64,000 nt of DNA from Azolla caroliniana (Eukaryota > Plantae > Polypodiophyta): NCBI GenBank assembly GCA_043228905.1, contig JBHGNT010000001.1, positions 23,560,001 through 23,624,000 of the forward strand, in the 5' to 3' direction. Positions 51,880-63,897 of the stretch are shown in pieces (within the stretch, counting starts at the first letter, position 1; each line of letters starts with the position of its first letter). The notes under the pieces are model-generated. The model ran no database searches, was not told where the DNA came from, and worked only from the letters and a program-made list of their open reading frames with translations. Made by a program: the position numbers and the translations under genes.

Positions 51880-54800
51880 ATAACTCAGGAAACATAAGAG
51901 ATATTGTTCTAGTGTTTGGTTTATTCGTTCCGTCTGCCCATCAGTCTGGGGATGGTAGCCGGAGGAGAGGTTGCAAGAGACCTTGAGCATCTTGAAGAGA
52001 TGTTGCCAAAATTTGGAGACGAATTGAGGTCCTCGGTCACTGATGATACTGTCTGGGAGGCCGTGATGCCGAAATACCTCACGCATGACGAGGGCGGTGG
52101 TTTCCTCGCTAGGGATGGCCTTAGTACACGACACAAAATGTGCCATCTTCGTATATCGATCGATGACGGTTAAGATAGCATTGAACCCCTTCGAGACTGG
52201 CAGATCGGTGATAAAATCAAGACAAATAGATTGCCATGGCTTACTTGGAATCGGTAAGGGTTCCAACAAGCCATATGGATGGTGTTGTAGCATCTTTGCT
52301 CGACAAAAAGCATCACAGGTACGAACGTAGTCGTTGACAAAACGACGCATGTGGGGCCACCAAAAAGATTGTTGCACTAGATCCAACGTCTTAGTACTAC
52401 CCAAATGTCCTGCCGTATGGGTGTCATGACAATTCTGGACGATTTGAAGACAATAGGAGCAATCAGGGACATATACGCGCTTTTTAAAGAATAACAAACC
52501 ATCATGATATTAGAATTGTCGGTAGTCAATACCTGGTTGTTCAGACTGAGAACAGGATGCCCGAGAAGTATCAATGTGCGCCAGGATGTCTTGAGAAAAA
52601 CTATCCGTCTTCAAGTTTGCACGTATGTCATCGGTAATCCGTGAATCCATCGGGGTGTGAAAAATCTGCGTTGTGTGCAATCGTGTTGGTCCCAAGATTA
52701 CTTGCTTTTGATTATCAAATGTTGGATCACCAGGACGAGGTGCAAGATATGAACGCCGTGATAGTGCATCTGCTTTTCCTTGCTGCTTCCCCGGTCGATA
52801 TGTGATTTTGAAGTCGAAATGCGTGAGGAATTGAGCCCACCGAGCTTGCTGTCGATTTAGTACACGAGCGTTTTGGAAATAAGCAAGATTTTCATGATCA
52901 CTAAAGACAATGACCTGATGTGGAGAGCCCTCTAAGAAATGCCGCTATTGCACAAATGAATCCACGATGGCTAATAACTCCTTGTCATGTATTTCGTAGT
53001 TGATTTCCGCGACATCGAATTTGCGCGAATGGAAAGCCACTGTATGTAACTCTTCTTTATCTCCTTGTTGAGAAAGGATGCTACCAAGGGCGAAATCTAA
53101 TGCGTCGGCCTCCATGATGAATGGTTTGCTTGTATCCACATGAGCTAGAATCGCTGCTGATTTAAAGGCTTTCTTAAGATGCCGAAAAGCCATATCTGCT
53201 TCATTGGACCAACGAAATTCTTGTCCTTTCTTCGTAAGTTGTGTGAGAGGTAAAATAATCTTCGAGTAATCCTATATAAACTCACGGTAGAAGTTAGCAA
53301 AACCTAGAAAACATTGTACATCTCGTACCACCGTGGAATTTGCCAATCTAGTACAGCTTGGACTTTAGCTGGATCCATGGCGATGCCCTTTGAGGAGATG
53401 ACGTAGCCTAGAAATTCCACTTGCTTGCAGTCAAAGCTACATTTTTCTAGCTTGGCATAAAGACCATTCTCGCGGAGTCGCTTTAGTACTAATAGTACAT
53501 GAGAATCGTGCTCTTCCTGGGTCTTCGAATAAATCAATAGATCATCTAGATAGATGATCAAACAGATATCCAAGAGGTCTCTGAATATATCATTTGCCAT
53601 GTGTTGGAAGACTGCGGGTGCATTGGTTAGGCCGAACGACATAACAGTATACTCGAAATGCCCATACCGCGTGCGAAAGGCGGCCTTCCATTCATCTCTC
53701 GGTCGGATCCGCACGAGGTTATACGCTCCTCGTAGATCGATTTTTGGTAAAAAACTTGGCACCATTAACTCGCTCTAAAAGACTTGATATAAGAGTAAGT
53801 GCATACCTATTCCGGATGGTGACCTTATTCAATCCGCGGTAATCAACGATGAGACGAAGTGAGCCATCTTTCTTCTTGACAAAGAAGATGGGTGCACCGG
53901 CCGGAGATTTCGAATGACGGATGAACCCTCTTGCCAAGTTCTCCTCTATGTAGGCTCGAAGGACTTCTAACTTGGTGGGTGACAAGTTGTAAATTGGTCC
54001 CCATGGTGGCTTGGTTCTTGGTTGTAAATCGATGGGACAGTCATAGGGACGGTGATGAGGAAGGGTACCGGCCTTTACCTTGTCAAATACATCGGCATAA
54101 GGATGATATTTTGCCGGAAGTTGTACTGAGGATTCCTTCTTAATAGTGTTGGAAGGATGTACTGATATTGCAAATAGGAACATTGCCTCATGTCCTTCTT
54201 CACGTAATTGATGGAGTGAAATGGTCGAAACTCGGTGAGTAGATTCTTGGGGTTGTCGATATCAGACTTCTCTTGTTCTCCAATCTATGGTTGGATTATG
54301 TAATTCAAACCAAGGTAATCCTAGGACAATGGGATGCTCTGGACTACTAATTATATTAGATGATACTACACACACAAAACTACCTAGGACAACTTGAATG
54401 GGTTCTGATTCTTCTACAATATTCCCGGAAGCAATGGGACGACCATCAATGACTACTACAGATGCGGGACAAGGAAGTTTTCTTAAGGATATCTGAGAAG
54501 CTTGGGCAAAATTTCTATCCATGAAACAAGAATTAGCTCCGGAATCTATGTTACCCGGACCCGGACAGTCAGTTTTACCGAACAAGTGGGAAAGCGTCGA
54601 AAACGGAGTCGGTTCGGATCGACTGTTCGGATCAATGACTCAGTAGTAAACGAAGAGAACTAAGTTAGTTAGATAATTTTGTAATTCTTGATAGTAAGTA
54701 GGAATAGTTCTTGATGAGAAAAGACCTTCGGTATACCTATAAAAGGGAACCGAAGGCATTGTTAGAAAGGTCGTTTTATTTAGTAATATAAGTTTAAGTT

Positions 54801-55064
54801 AGGAATATCCTGTACGGATTCTGTGTTCTTCCTATTGTCTATGTTGTTAAGTGCAAGCTTCCTAATTTATAACTAAGTAACGATCACGGTAATTACCGAT
54901 TAATATAGTATAATTCCGTTCGTAAAACACAATTACTTGTTAGAACGTTGGGTAGCGACGTTCACTCTTCTGTATCGGTAGTAGTTAGTAATTAGCCGAT
55001 TAACACAGAAGAATTTTGGCACGCCCGGTTACATCTGCAATTAAGCAGAGAACAAATCGAATGG

Positions 55065-58000
55065 ATGTCGTATAAAGAGGAGACACCGGTCACTTGTAAG
55101 CGCCCTTGTACAAGGTCAGTTACGAAGGCAGTGCAGGAAGCGTTCATTGCGCAAGAACAGCCGGAATCAAGCACAAAGTGGTCGAAACTTCCTGACTTAT
55201 CCGATCAATTACCTTCAGACGAAAAACAGACAGAAGAGGTATCGTTTTACGACATTTGGGACGATATGCCTTATACTTATTCTAAGTTCCGGGAAGGAAC
55301 AGATGCGGAAGCACATGTTAGGGATTTCTTAACGACATGGGAGATTAACCATGGAGCTCAGCGATTGTCGGCAGATGCCGAAGATAAGTCAAAAATCGCT
55401 GAGTTCGTCTTATCATTAGACGGATATTCTGCCAATTGGTTTGCGCAGAACGGTCTTCAAGGATTTCCATCCTTTGAAGTGTTAACTAGTAAATTTTTAC
55501 AATTATTTCATCAACAAATTCCGCAAAAGGATTTGATTGCGCAATTTTATGCGTTATATCAAGAAAAAAATGAAACAGTATCTCAGTTTGTGATACGATT
55601 TCAGAACTTACAGCTTCAGATTTCAAGGCCGATTCCGGATAATGAATTAAAAGAAGTCTTTTTGGAAGCTGTAAAAGAACCATTAAGGACGACATTGAAA
55701 GTGTTCGATTTTCGAAATCAGACTATCGAACAAGTAATTGATAAAGCAATAGAAATGGGTCGACCACCAGTCAATGTTCAGAGTATGGACATGTCGGCAT
55801 TACACCGTACATTACCGACAATAGAGGAGTTACAATTTCGACAAGCAGTTCAATGCACCACTTGTTTAAATACGGGGCATTCGGCAATTGAATGTACGTT
55901 AAGAACACATTGTACAATATGTCATTCAAAGTTACATTCAGTAGAACAATGTGAATATAATCTGCTTAATAAGACTACGGCGTCAGTACGACAAATTTTT
56001 ACTGACAATGGTTACCAAAATAACAATAATCTGTTCAATGGTTATCAAAATAATAATTTTTCACAAAATCAGCAAAATGTACAACAAAATCCGGTTCTAC
56101 AGCCAAATCAGATCTTTTCACAACAAAATATGCAACCCACTCAGGTGACTCAAGCATTTCAACCAGGTTTTGCTCAATCCAACCCACCATTCGTACAGAA
56201 TCCGAATCAATATTTTCAACAAAATAATCAAAGTTTCCAACAAGGTAACCCACCATTTCAAGGGTTTCAACAGAATTGTCCGAATGTGCAACCGAATTCT
56301 ACATTTCAACCAAACCCGACATTTCAACCGGGTAATATGACCTTTCAACATAATACTCAAACCGTTCCACAAAATAATCAAATGTTTCAACAGAATAATT
56401 TTCCGCCAAATCAGGAGTTCGGGATAACACAAAATGTAGCACAACCAAATGATAATACTGAACAATTTAGGCAGAATCGGTATAAAAACAAGAGATTTTA
56501 CAAACCAAAAGCTACACGTCAATACCAACAAAACCCGAGTGGTAATGAAGAGCAACAATTTAATAACGGCCAATTTGCACATGGAGAGACCAGTGCAACA
56601 TTTGTACCCACTTGTTATATTTGTCGACAACTAGGCCATTATGCTAATCAATGTCCGGTTAAAGGAAAGGGTACAGCAGTTAATATGGTAATACCGGAAG
56701 TTCAGCAAGTAACGACACGCAGCAAAAGCAGACAATCAGAGTGGGAAATTCAGGAAGAAGTTCGGAAGGCGGCAAAAGAATGGGTGGACGAAGCAAATCA
56801 AAGTAATGTGAATCGAATGTTACAAGACAATAACATTGACCAGAACATCGCTGTACAACAATCATTGGGGAATAAGGAACAGGAAGAAACTTGGAAACTG
56901 TTGGCTGATTGCCAAGTGTCATTACCACTTACGGGCTTACTTAAGTTAGTACCAAGGTTTACAGAAAAAGTGGCAGCATTAATTGCATATAAAGGTTCCG
57001 AACAAATAGCAGTACACTACAATCAGCCAAGTAATAACCCTTCGATCATGGATGAACAGAATCCGTCGATTAAGGTAATACTTTACGGGCAAGAAATCGG
57101 AAATGTGATTATAGATGGAGGCTCGGGTGTTAATGTGATTAACAAAACTACATGTGAAAAACTGGGAATCACGGAATGGGAAGCATGTCCGTTTTGGTTA
57201 CGAATGGCAGATACAAGTACGGTACGACCGATTGGTTTGCTTCGACAACTGGATGTAATAATCGGGGGACACAGTTTTCAGATTTCGGCAGTAATTTTGC
57301 AGTTAGAAACACAGGGAGCATACCCCTTGTTATTGGGGAGACCATGGTTAAAGACAGCTAATATTAAACAAAATTGGAAACAAAATGTGCTAACATTTAG
57401 GAAAGGAAAAACTAAGGTCAGGATTCCAACGCACAACAAAGTGACAACAAGCAAACAGAGTTTACCTGTACATGCAGAAGCAGTTAATATGATGGAAGGT
57501 TTGGACGAGGAAGAAGAAAGTCAGTATTTCGATGATAATCAGAAAATCATCCCTCTATTTGAGGTAGATATTTTGCAAGCATTAACACCATATGTAGACT
57601 CACACGAAGAAGTGCCAATAGATGAGCAAACAATGAAAGAAATACGAATGCAACAAGAAGCTACAGATAAGGAAATGAAGGTATCTCAGAGAGTGCAAGC
57701 CTCAGCATTGGAGGAGATCGATTTGGCAGGAGTAGAGGATGCTGAAAGAAAAACAGTCTTGATTGCTAGAGACTTGGCGGAAAATGATAAACGGACATTA
57801 ACAACATTACTATTACAATATAAAGATGTTTTTGCATGGTCGTTTGACGATATGAAAGGTCTGGATCCCGCTTTTTGTCAACATCAAATCAATTTGCATA
57901 AAGATGCAAAGCCAGTACAACAACGCAGGTACAGGTTGAATCCGAATTATGCTATCAAAGTAAAAGAAGAAATCGATAAACTCTTAAAAGTAGGATTTAT

Positions 58001-58487
58001 TCGACCCGTCAAAAAATCAACATGGTTGAGTCCGATAGTAGTAGTCCCGAAAAAGAATGGGAAAATTCGCGTATGTGTGGATTACAGAAAATTGAATGCA
58101 ACGACAATTACGGATGCGTTTCCGTTGCCATTCACAGATGGGATATTAGATGCAGTAGCGGGACATGAAATTTATAGTTTCTTGGATGGGTTCAGTGGGT
58201 ACAACCAAGTACAGATGAATCCGGAAGATCAGGAAAAGACAGCTTTCGTCACAGAATGGGGTGTCTTTGTGGCAGTAGTAATGATGTTCGGTTTAAAAAC
58301 AGCTCCAGCTACATTTCAGCGGGTAATACAGGAAATATTCGGGGAATATATTCCAGCTTTCATGCAGGTGTTTTTAGATGATTTTGCAGTATATAGTCGG
58401 AAAGCTGATCATTTTGAGCATTTACGGCTATGTTTAGAAAAATGTCGAAAAGGGCGTCGGAGCAGGTTCGCAAAGAGGCTTTATTAG
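55065..58487 (+). CDS. Element H Gag-PR-truncated RT polyprotein
   Basis: 1140-aa ORF with a capsid region, three CX2CX4HX4C knuckles, a Q/N-rich tract, IIDGGSGVNVI, LLGRPW, FLDGFSGYNQ and VFLDD, followed by a deletion junction. Confidence 0.9.
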   Translation: MSYKEETPVTCKRPCTRSVTKAVQEAFIAQEQPESSTKWSKLPDLSDQLPSDEKQTEEVSFYDIWDDMPYTYSKFREGTDAEAHVRDFLTTWEINHGAQRLSADAEDKSKIAEFVLSLDGYSANWFAQNGLQGFPSFEVLTSKFLQLFHQQIPQKDLIAQFYALYQEKNETVSQFVIRFQNLQLQISRPIPDNELKEVFLEAVKEPLRTTLKVFDFRNQTIEQVIDKAIEMGRPPVNVQSMDMSALHRTLPTIEELQFRQAVQCTTCLNTGHSAIECTLRTHCTICHSKLHSVEQCEYNLLNKTTASVRQIFTDNGYQNNNNLFNGYQNNNFSQNQQNVQQNPVLQPNQIFSQQNMQPTQVTQAFQPGFAQSNPPFVQNPNQYFQQNNQSFQQGNPPFQGFQQNCPNVQPNSTFQPNPTFQPGNMTFQHNTQTVPQNNQMFQQNNFPPNQEFGITQNVAQPNDNTEQFRQNRYKNKRFYKPKATRQYQQNPSGNEEQQFNNGQFAHGETSATFVPTCYICRQLGHYANQCPVKGKGTAVNMVIPEVQQVTTRSKSRQSEWEIQEEVRKAAKEWVDEANQSNVNRMLQDNNIDQNIAVQQSLGNKEQEETWKLLADCQVSLPLTGLLKLVPRFTEKVAALIAYKGSEQIAVHYNQPSNNPSIMDEQNPSIKVILYGQEIGNVIIDGGSGVNVINKTTCEKLGITEWEACPFWLRMADTSTVRPIGLLRQLDVIIGGHSFQISAVILQLETQGAYPLLLGRPWLKTANIKQNWKQNVLTFRKGKTKVRIPTHNKVTTSKQSLPVHAEAVNMMEGLDEEEESQYFDDNQKIIPLFEVDILQALTPYVDSHEEVPIDEQTMKEIRMQQEATDKEMKVSQRVQASALEEIDLAGVEDAERKTVLIARDLAENDKRTLTTLLLQYKDVFAWSFDDMKGLDPAFCQHQINLHKDAKPVQQRRYRLNPNYAIKVKEEIDKLLKVGFIRPVKKSTWLSPIVVVPKKNGKIRVCVDYRKLNATTITDAFPLPFTDGILDAVAGHEIYSFLDGFSGYNQVQMNPEDQEKTAFVTEWGVFVAVVMMFGLKTAPATFQRVIQEIFGEYIPAFMQVFLDDFAVYSRKADHFEHLRLCLEKCRKGRRSRFAKRLY

Positions 58488-58816
58488 TATTAGAAGAAGA
58501 ACGGATTCAATCAATGTCAGCACTAGAACACAAGCAGAGACAAATCAAGGCATTCGTAAATCGACATCGAAGGAAATCGGAAGAGCAATTCGAAATTGGG
58601 AAACCGGTATTGGTATTCCAGACGAGAATGGGACTTATGCCTGGGAAACTCCGGTATAGATGGACAGGTCCAGTATGGATAATTAATAGTAAAAATGGTA
58701 CGTATCAGCTGGGATCATTAACCGGAGAGTTTTTACCGAAATGGGTAAATGGATTCCGGCTTAAACCGTATTTGGGAGATATGCCGGTAAATCCGTTTAT
58801 TCAAACGGAAGAGTAA
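58455..58816 (+). pseudogene. Element H integrase C-terminal remnant
   Basis: GKLRYRWTGP...VNGFRLKPY (GPY/F module), out of frame with RT. Confidence 0.85.
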
Positions 58817-59018
58817 AAAAAAAAAAAAAAAAAAAAACTAACTAACTCACTCAATAGTTCTTGTCAAATGCAGAAATACAATCTTGCCATAACAGTCTGA
58901 ATCGACTATAAATAGAAAGAGTAATTGCATGATTATTAGTAAGTAGTACAACCACTACACGAAGAGTGAATACTAATTAATTCCTACATTAATAGCAATT
59001 ACTATTCTTTAAGTCATC

Positions 59019-61691
59019 ATGCATAAGTTAATATCTTTAAAGCATATTTCTGTATCGTCTGTGTCGCCAAAACAACAGAAACGAGTGCAGATATCGAAAC
59101 AGTCTGAGCCTTCGTGCCCTAGTTCGCCCAAACTCTGTTTTTCTGATTTTCATCGCTACAGAAGCTGTGCAGATCTCCAACCGTCATCAACAAGTGATTC
59201 AGAACAAGCAAACACAGAAGTCATGCCGATTCCTGTGTCTGAAGAACTGCGATTGTGGCTTCATGAGAGAAACTTACAAGGTTTCATCAAAGTAGCAGAA
59301 GCGGAACCTCATCCGCAGGCGGAAGAATTGGTACAACAAATAGACATCACCAAAATCACCACAAAGAAAATACGAAATGCATTACAGATGCCAAGAGGAG
59401 GCTTTGAGGCAGTTAAAAAACCTTCATCAGAAGCACTCCAATCGTATTTCGGGGAATACTCACCCTCAGCAAAAGCATATCAGACTTATGGAGGTAGGGA
59501 TGAGTTTTTCCATGAAGTGGCTAGATTTTTATTAGAGGTGGGATTTGTCAGTCTTCGTTTTTATTGTATGCCGAAAAAAAGGGCTGGGTTTATCATAGCC
59601 GCATACGAAAAAGAGGATTTCAACTGGCCACTATTGTTGGGGGAAGCTCTGAGAGAGCAGCTACAAGGGGTAAAAACAGGAAAACCGATGAAGCAAATTT
59701 TTGGTCGTTGGATATCGGTATTGTTTCCGATTCAAGAATCGGAAACTCCTGTTCAGTCAAGAAGACCACCGATAGTACAAGCACCGCGAAGACACCGACA
59801 GGTAGTACATGAAGAATGGATAGAGGAAGAATCGGCACATGCCGATAATATACAAACAAATATGCCTCAGTCGGAACCACCAAGACCAGAGAATTCCGAA
59901 AACAGGCAACCAACAGCCGAACAAGAAACAGTTGACAATTTGATAAACAAGCAACAGCTGACAGAAAATCGACAACAAGCAGAGAAGTTGCGACAAAGGA
60001 CAAGGATTAAACAAAAGGCTAATCGGCAATTCCAACCAGAAAACAGTGAGGGGTCAGCACCGAAAAGGCAACGCACAAAGGAAAATTCGAATACGCCTGT
60101 AGTGGCAGAAGTAATAAAACCAGGGAATGAGAGTGTTTCGACACAACCTCAACAAGGACAATCTTCAAAAGTAGCAATTCGGGAAGCACATGGGTACTTG
60201 GATATTCCACCAGCAGCACATGAATTAGCTGCCATTTTACAGTTCGGAACTTCATACGAACTGGTTGAATGGTTGGCTAAAAGAATGACAGAAGTATCAG
60301 AACGGCTGGCTCAAGAACATAATGACCGAATAATGATACAGAAAGCCTTACGAGGAGTGTTGGAACCTCAAGAAAAAGCAGAGATAGAGAAAATCGGCCG
60401 GAAAAGAAGTGCACAGAATAGAGGGGAGGCTATTGAAATGCCACCATTACATGAAGCACTGGTCGAAATTCATAAAGAATATGAAACGGCACGCAGAGCA
60501 GCCAATGATATGGCTGAAAGATACAAAAGTGTATCAGCATCGGCGGAGGTGCTGAAACATTAGTTTTGTAACATACAGGCAGAAAATAAAGAACTAAAAG
60601 AAAGTCTGAACAAATGGGAAACACAGGCACGGCTTATGGTGTCGGAGTCAGAATGGCAGCAGAAATTGGAGGACGCTGAGAAAGCACATCAAGCAGAAAC
60701 AACAAGGGCCAACAATGCTGTATTTCGAACTACAGAATTAGAAAAACAAATAGAAACCATTCAGAATGGTCAATACAAAGTTCTCAAAGAAAAAAATCAA
60801 TTAATAAACGAATTACAACAAAATCTAGAAGAAGCTAAGACGGCCAATCATACATATACCGAACAAATTGAAGAATTCGAAAGGTATATAGTGTCACAGG
60901 AAAGTCAATTGACAGAAAAAGAGCGGAATCTTGAAGAAGTCAACAGAAGAATTACGGAACAGCAGGAGGAATGGAGCAAAGAGAAATCGGCATTCGAACA
61001 ACAACTGGACGAAATTCGGAAGATATCGGAACAAAGACGGCTGGATATATATGTAGTCGAATCCAAACTAATGCAAGCTGAAAGTGAGAACCGAACCACT
61101 ATTACAGATTTACGGAAAGAGTTGCAAACCGCCCAATACGTCGCAAGCATCACTAGGGACAAAGTGCAGCACATCATAGGGAAACATCGAAACCTAGCAA
61201 AGAAAATGATCGATGAATCCCTTGCGCAAGGATGGAAGTTATGGACGGCACAAGCGACGGAATTACAGTTATTGCGTGCCGACAAAAATAACCGTCAGGT
61301 CCAAGGTGCAGGTTTTTTTAAAATGGCACAAAAGGATATTGACAATATCCAAGAGGATATCATGAAAGATATGGACGAAATTGCGGCATTTTACAGAGAA
61401 GAAATTCAACGTATTATGCAAGAATTCGACAAAAATGATATAGGCACTTCCGTCCAGTTGGATAAAATCGAAGCCGAAAGAACCAGCAAGACTCCTGGTC
61501 TTCAAGCTCCCGGAAGAAGTGAACCAGAGCAGCCAACCGAATCACAACATTCAAAACCTACTCCGAATGACGACTGTGACACAGATGAAGATGAAGATGA
61601 AGAGGAAGATATAGGTGGAATACATCCAAGGCCAAAAGAGCCTTCGATTTTTGATATTCTGAACGATTCGGATGAAGAGCTACAGGAATAG
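59019..61691 (+). CDS. Element H additional sense ORF (about 890 codons, one internal TAG at 60561-60563), coiled-coil rich
   Basis: ORFs 59019-60563 and 60636-61691 share one frame with no other stop between them; E/Q/K heptad-like C-half and acidic tail; lies between pol and the 3' LTR. Confidence 0.8.
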
Positions 61692-63869
61692 GCGTGGGTT
61701 CGCTGGACAAGGTCCTGGCCCACGGACGTGCCAAGTGTTACCCGGACCCGGACAGTCAGTTTTACCGAACAAGTGGGAAAACGTCGAAAACGGAGTCGGT
61801 TCGGATCGACTGTTCGGATCAATGACTCAGCAGTAAACGAAGAGAACTAAGTTAGTTAGATAATTTTGTAATTCTTGATAGTAAGTAGGAATAGTTCTTG
61901 ATGAGAAAAGACCTTCGGTATACCTATAAAAGGGAACCGAAGGCATTGTAAGAAAGGTCGTTTTATTTAGTAATATAAGTTTAAGTTAGGAATATCCTGT
62001 ACGGATTCTGTGTTCTTCCTATTGTCTATGTTGTTAAGTGCAAGCTTCCTAATTTATAACTAAGTAACGATCACGGTAATTACCGATTAATATAGTATAA
62101 TTCCGTTCGTAAAACACAATTACTTGTTAGAACGTTGGGTAGCGACGCTCACTCTTCTGTATCGGTAGTAGTTAGTAATTAGCCGATTAACAATCTAAAA
62201 GTGCTAGGACAGGTACTAGGGGCGTACTTTTAGTACTAACAATGACTTGGGCTAGGAACAGATTGCTAACTTGCTTGGAAGGAATGGAACCACTAATGGG
62301 CTCTACAGATCTAGGGTTGCTGTCCAACCAAATGGCTCCTATTTTGGCTGGACTCAATCGTTTAACTCTTCATCTAATTGACTAAGGATTTAAAATTTGT
62401 TTGAGATACTTGGGCTATTAGTACTATGAATACTATTTGACACTCTATTAGTACTATTAATACTATCAGACACTCCGAAGGGAAGAATTGACTTGGGTTT
62501 AGTACAGGCGACGATTTGATTTACCTGTCTTCTTGGTCTATGGGGACAATTGATGGCGATATGCCTTGGTCCACCGCAATAAAGACATAATCAATTGGCA
62601 CGTCGTCGTTGCTTTTCTTCTTCCGATAACGGGCCGCGTCGACGCATGGTGTCGATCTCCATCGGTGTCGGAATATTGGCTTGAGGTACGTCGCATGCAA
62701 ATGGTTTAGCCGTGACTAAGGCGTATGTGGGTTCCGGCCGAGAGTGTGGTATTTGTAATTGACGTTCCGAACGCCATTCGAAAAGGCGGTTGTCGCATCG
62801 GACCGCTCGACTGATTGCCTCCCGTAAGAGACTTTGGTTCTTCGGGGAAGGTTAAAAGCAAGTCTTTGACATCGTTGCGCAAGCCGTAGTGAAACTATTC
62901 CATGAGGGCCTGATCATCCCAGGGGATATCTGAGGCAAGTAGACGGAAATTCGCCGCGTAGGCAGAGGCTAGACAATCGCCTTGACGCAATCTTCGGATT
63001 TTGTTGATCATCGCCCCGATGCTGTCGGTATCTCCAAAGCATGCTTTAAACTCACTAATAAAATCTTCAAAGTTATTAAGCAAGGGCGATTGTTTTTCTA
63101 GAAGCGGAGCGAACCATGCCAAGGCTGAGCCGCTAAGTAACGTGCCTATTAGGCCGACTCGAGATGCATCAGTGAGATATCGGGAAGGATGCATCTGGAT
63201 GACTAAGCGTACCTGATTAAGGAATCCCCGGAATTGCGATCGCGTTCCATCAAATTTCATAGGAAGTCCAATCTTGGGCTCTTTATGAAATCCTTGGGGA
63301 CTTGATCCTTGTTATTGCAACGCTGCTTCGAGTTGTTGTACCCATAACGCTAACTCCCCATGTTGTTGTCGCATTTGTTGTTTTTCTAGAGCGATTTGTT
63401 GCAGATCCCCTATCAACCGTTGGTTTTCTTGTTCGAGGGCAACAAACTTTTCTTTTAGACACTGTAGCTCAGAGAAAACGGATTGATATTCTTGGGCGCT
63501 AACAGTAGCCATAGTATAGAAAAAGGATAGGAGGAGGAGGGAAAACGACAAGTAGACTTGAGGAAGGCAAATTGGTTCAAACTGTCAGGAATGGTACTAA
63601 ACAGAGAGAGAATTAGTACTAGAGAAGAGAAGTACTATTAGTACTAAGAGGACGGGACTGCGTAAGATTCCCGAGAGAGGAAGAAAGAAGAGGAGAGAGA
63701 GAGAGATAGCGAGAATGAGAGAGAGAGAAAGATGATGACAACAACTAATATATTATGTGAAAGATAAGTACAAAGTGGCGAAGAGGCTTAAGACTGGCGT
63801 TGAATCAATTTGGTTCAAAACAATGCCTTGTGCCTCCTTTTATAGTGTTTTTAGGAATAATCCTAAAGC

Positions 63870-63897
63870 TTCTAGAATGTTCTAGAGAGATCTGGAA
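63870..63897. promoter_or_regulatory. Heat-shock-element-like array in the F LTR U3
   Basis: TTCtaGAAtgTTCtaGAgagaTCtgGAA about 25-55 nt upstream of the minus-strand TATA; variant in the 3' LTR at about 45922-45949. Confidence 0.6.

Larger units (their letters stand above)
54549..62192 (+). mobile_element. Element H: young non-autonomous non-chromovirus Gypsy (Athila/Tat-like) with an extra 3' ORF
   Basis: 457-bp LTRs 54549-55005 and 61736-62192 (about 4 differences); 5-bp TSD ATCTA; TATAAAAGG in the LTR; PBS TGGCACGCCCGGT at 55017-55029. Confidence 0.95.

Noticed and set aside
54262-54585. Standalone protease ORF
   Set aside because: Second half of the F protease, split at LD|SG by H; the apparent start lies inside the H LTR.
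59019-61691. Calling the extra ORF of H an envelope gene
   Set aside because: No signal peptide or transmembrane segment visible.
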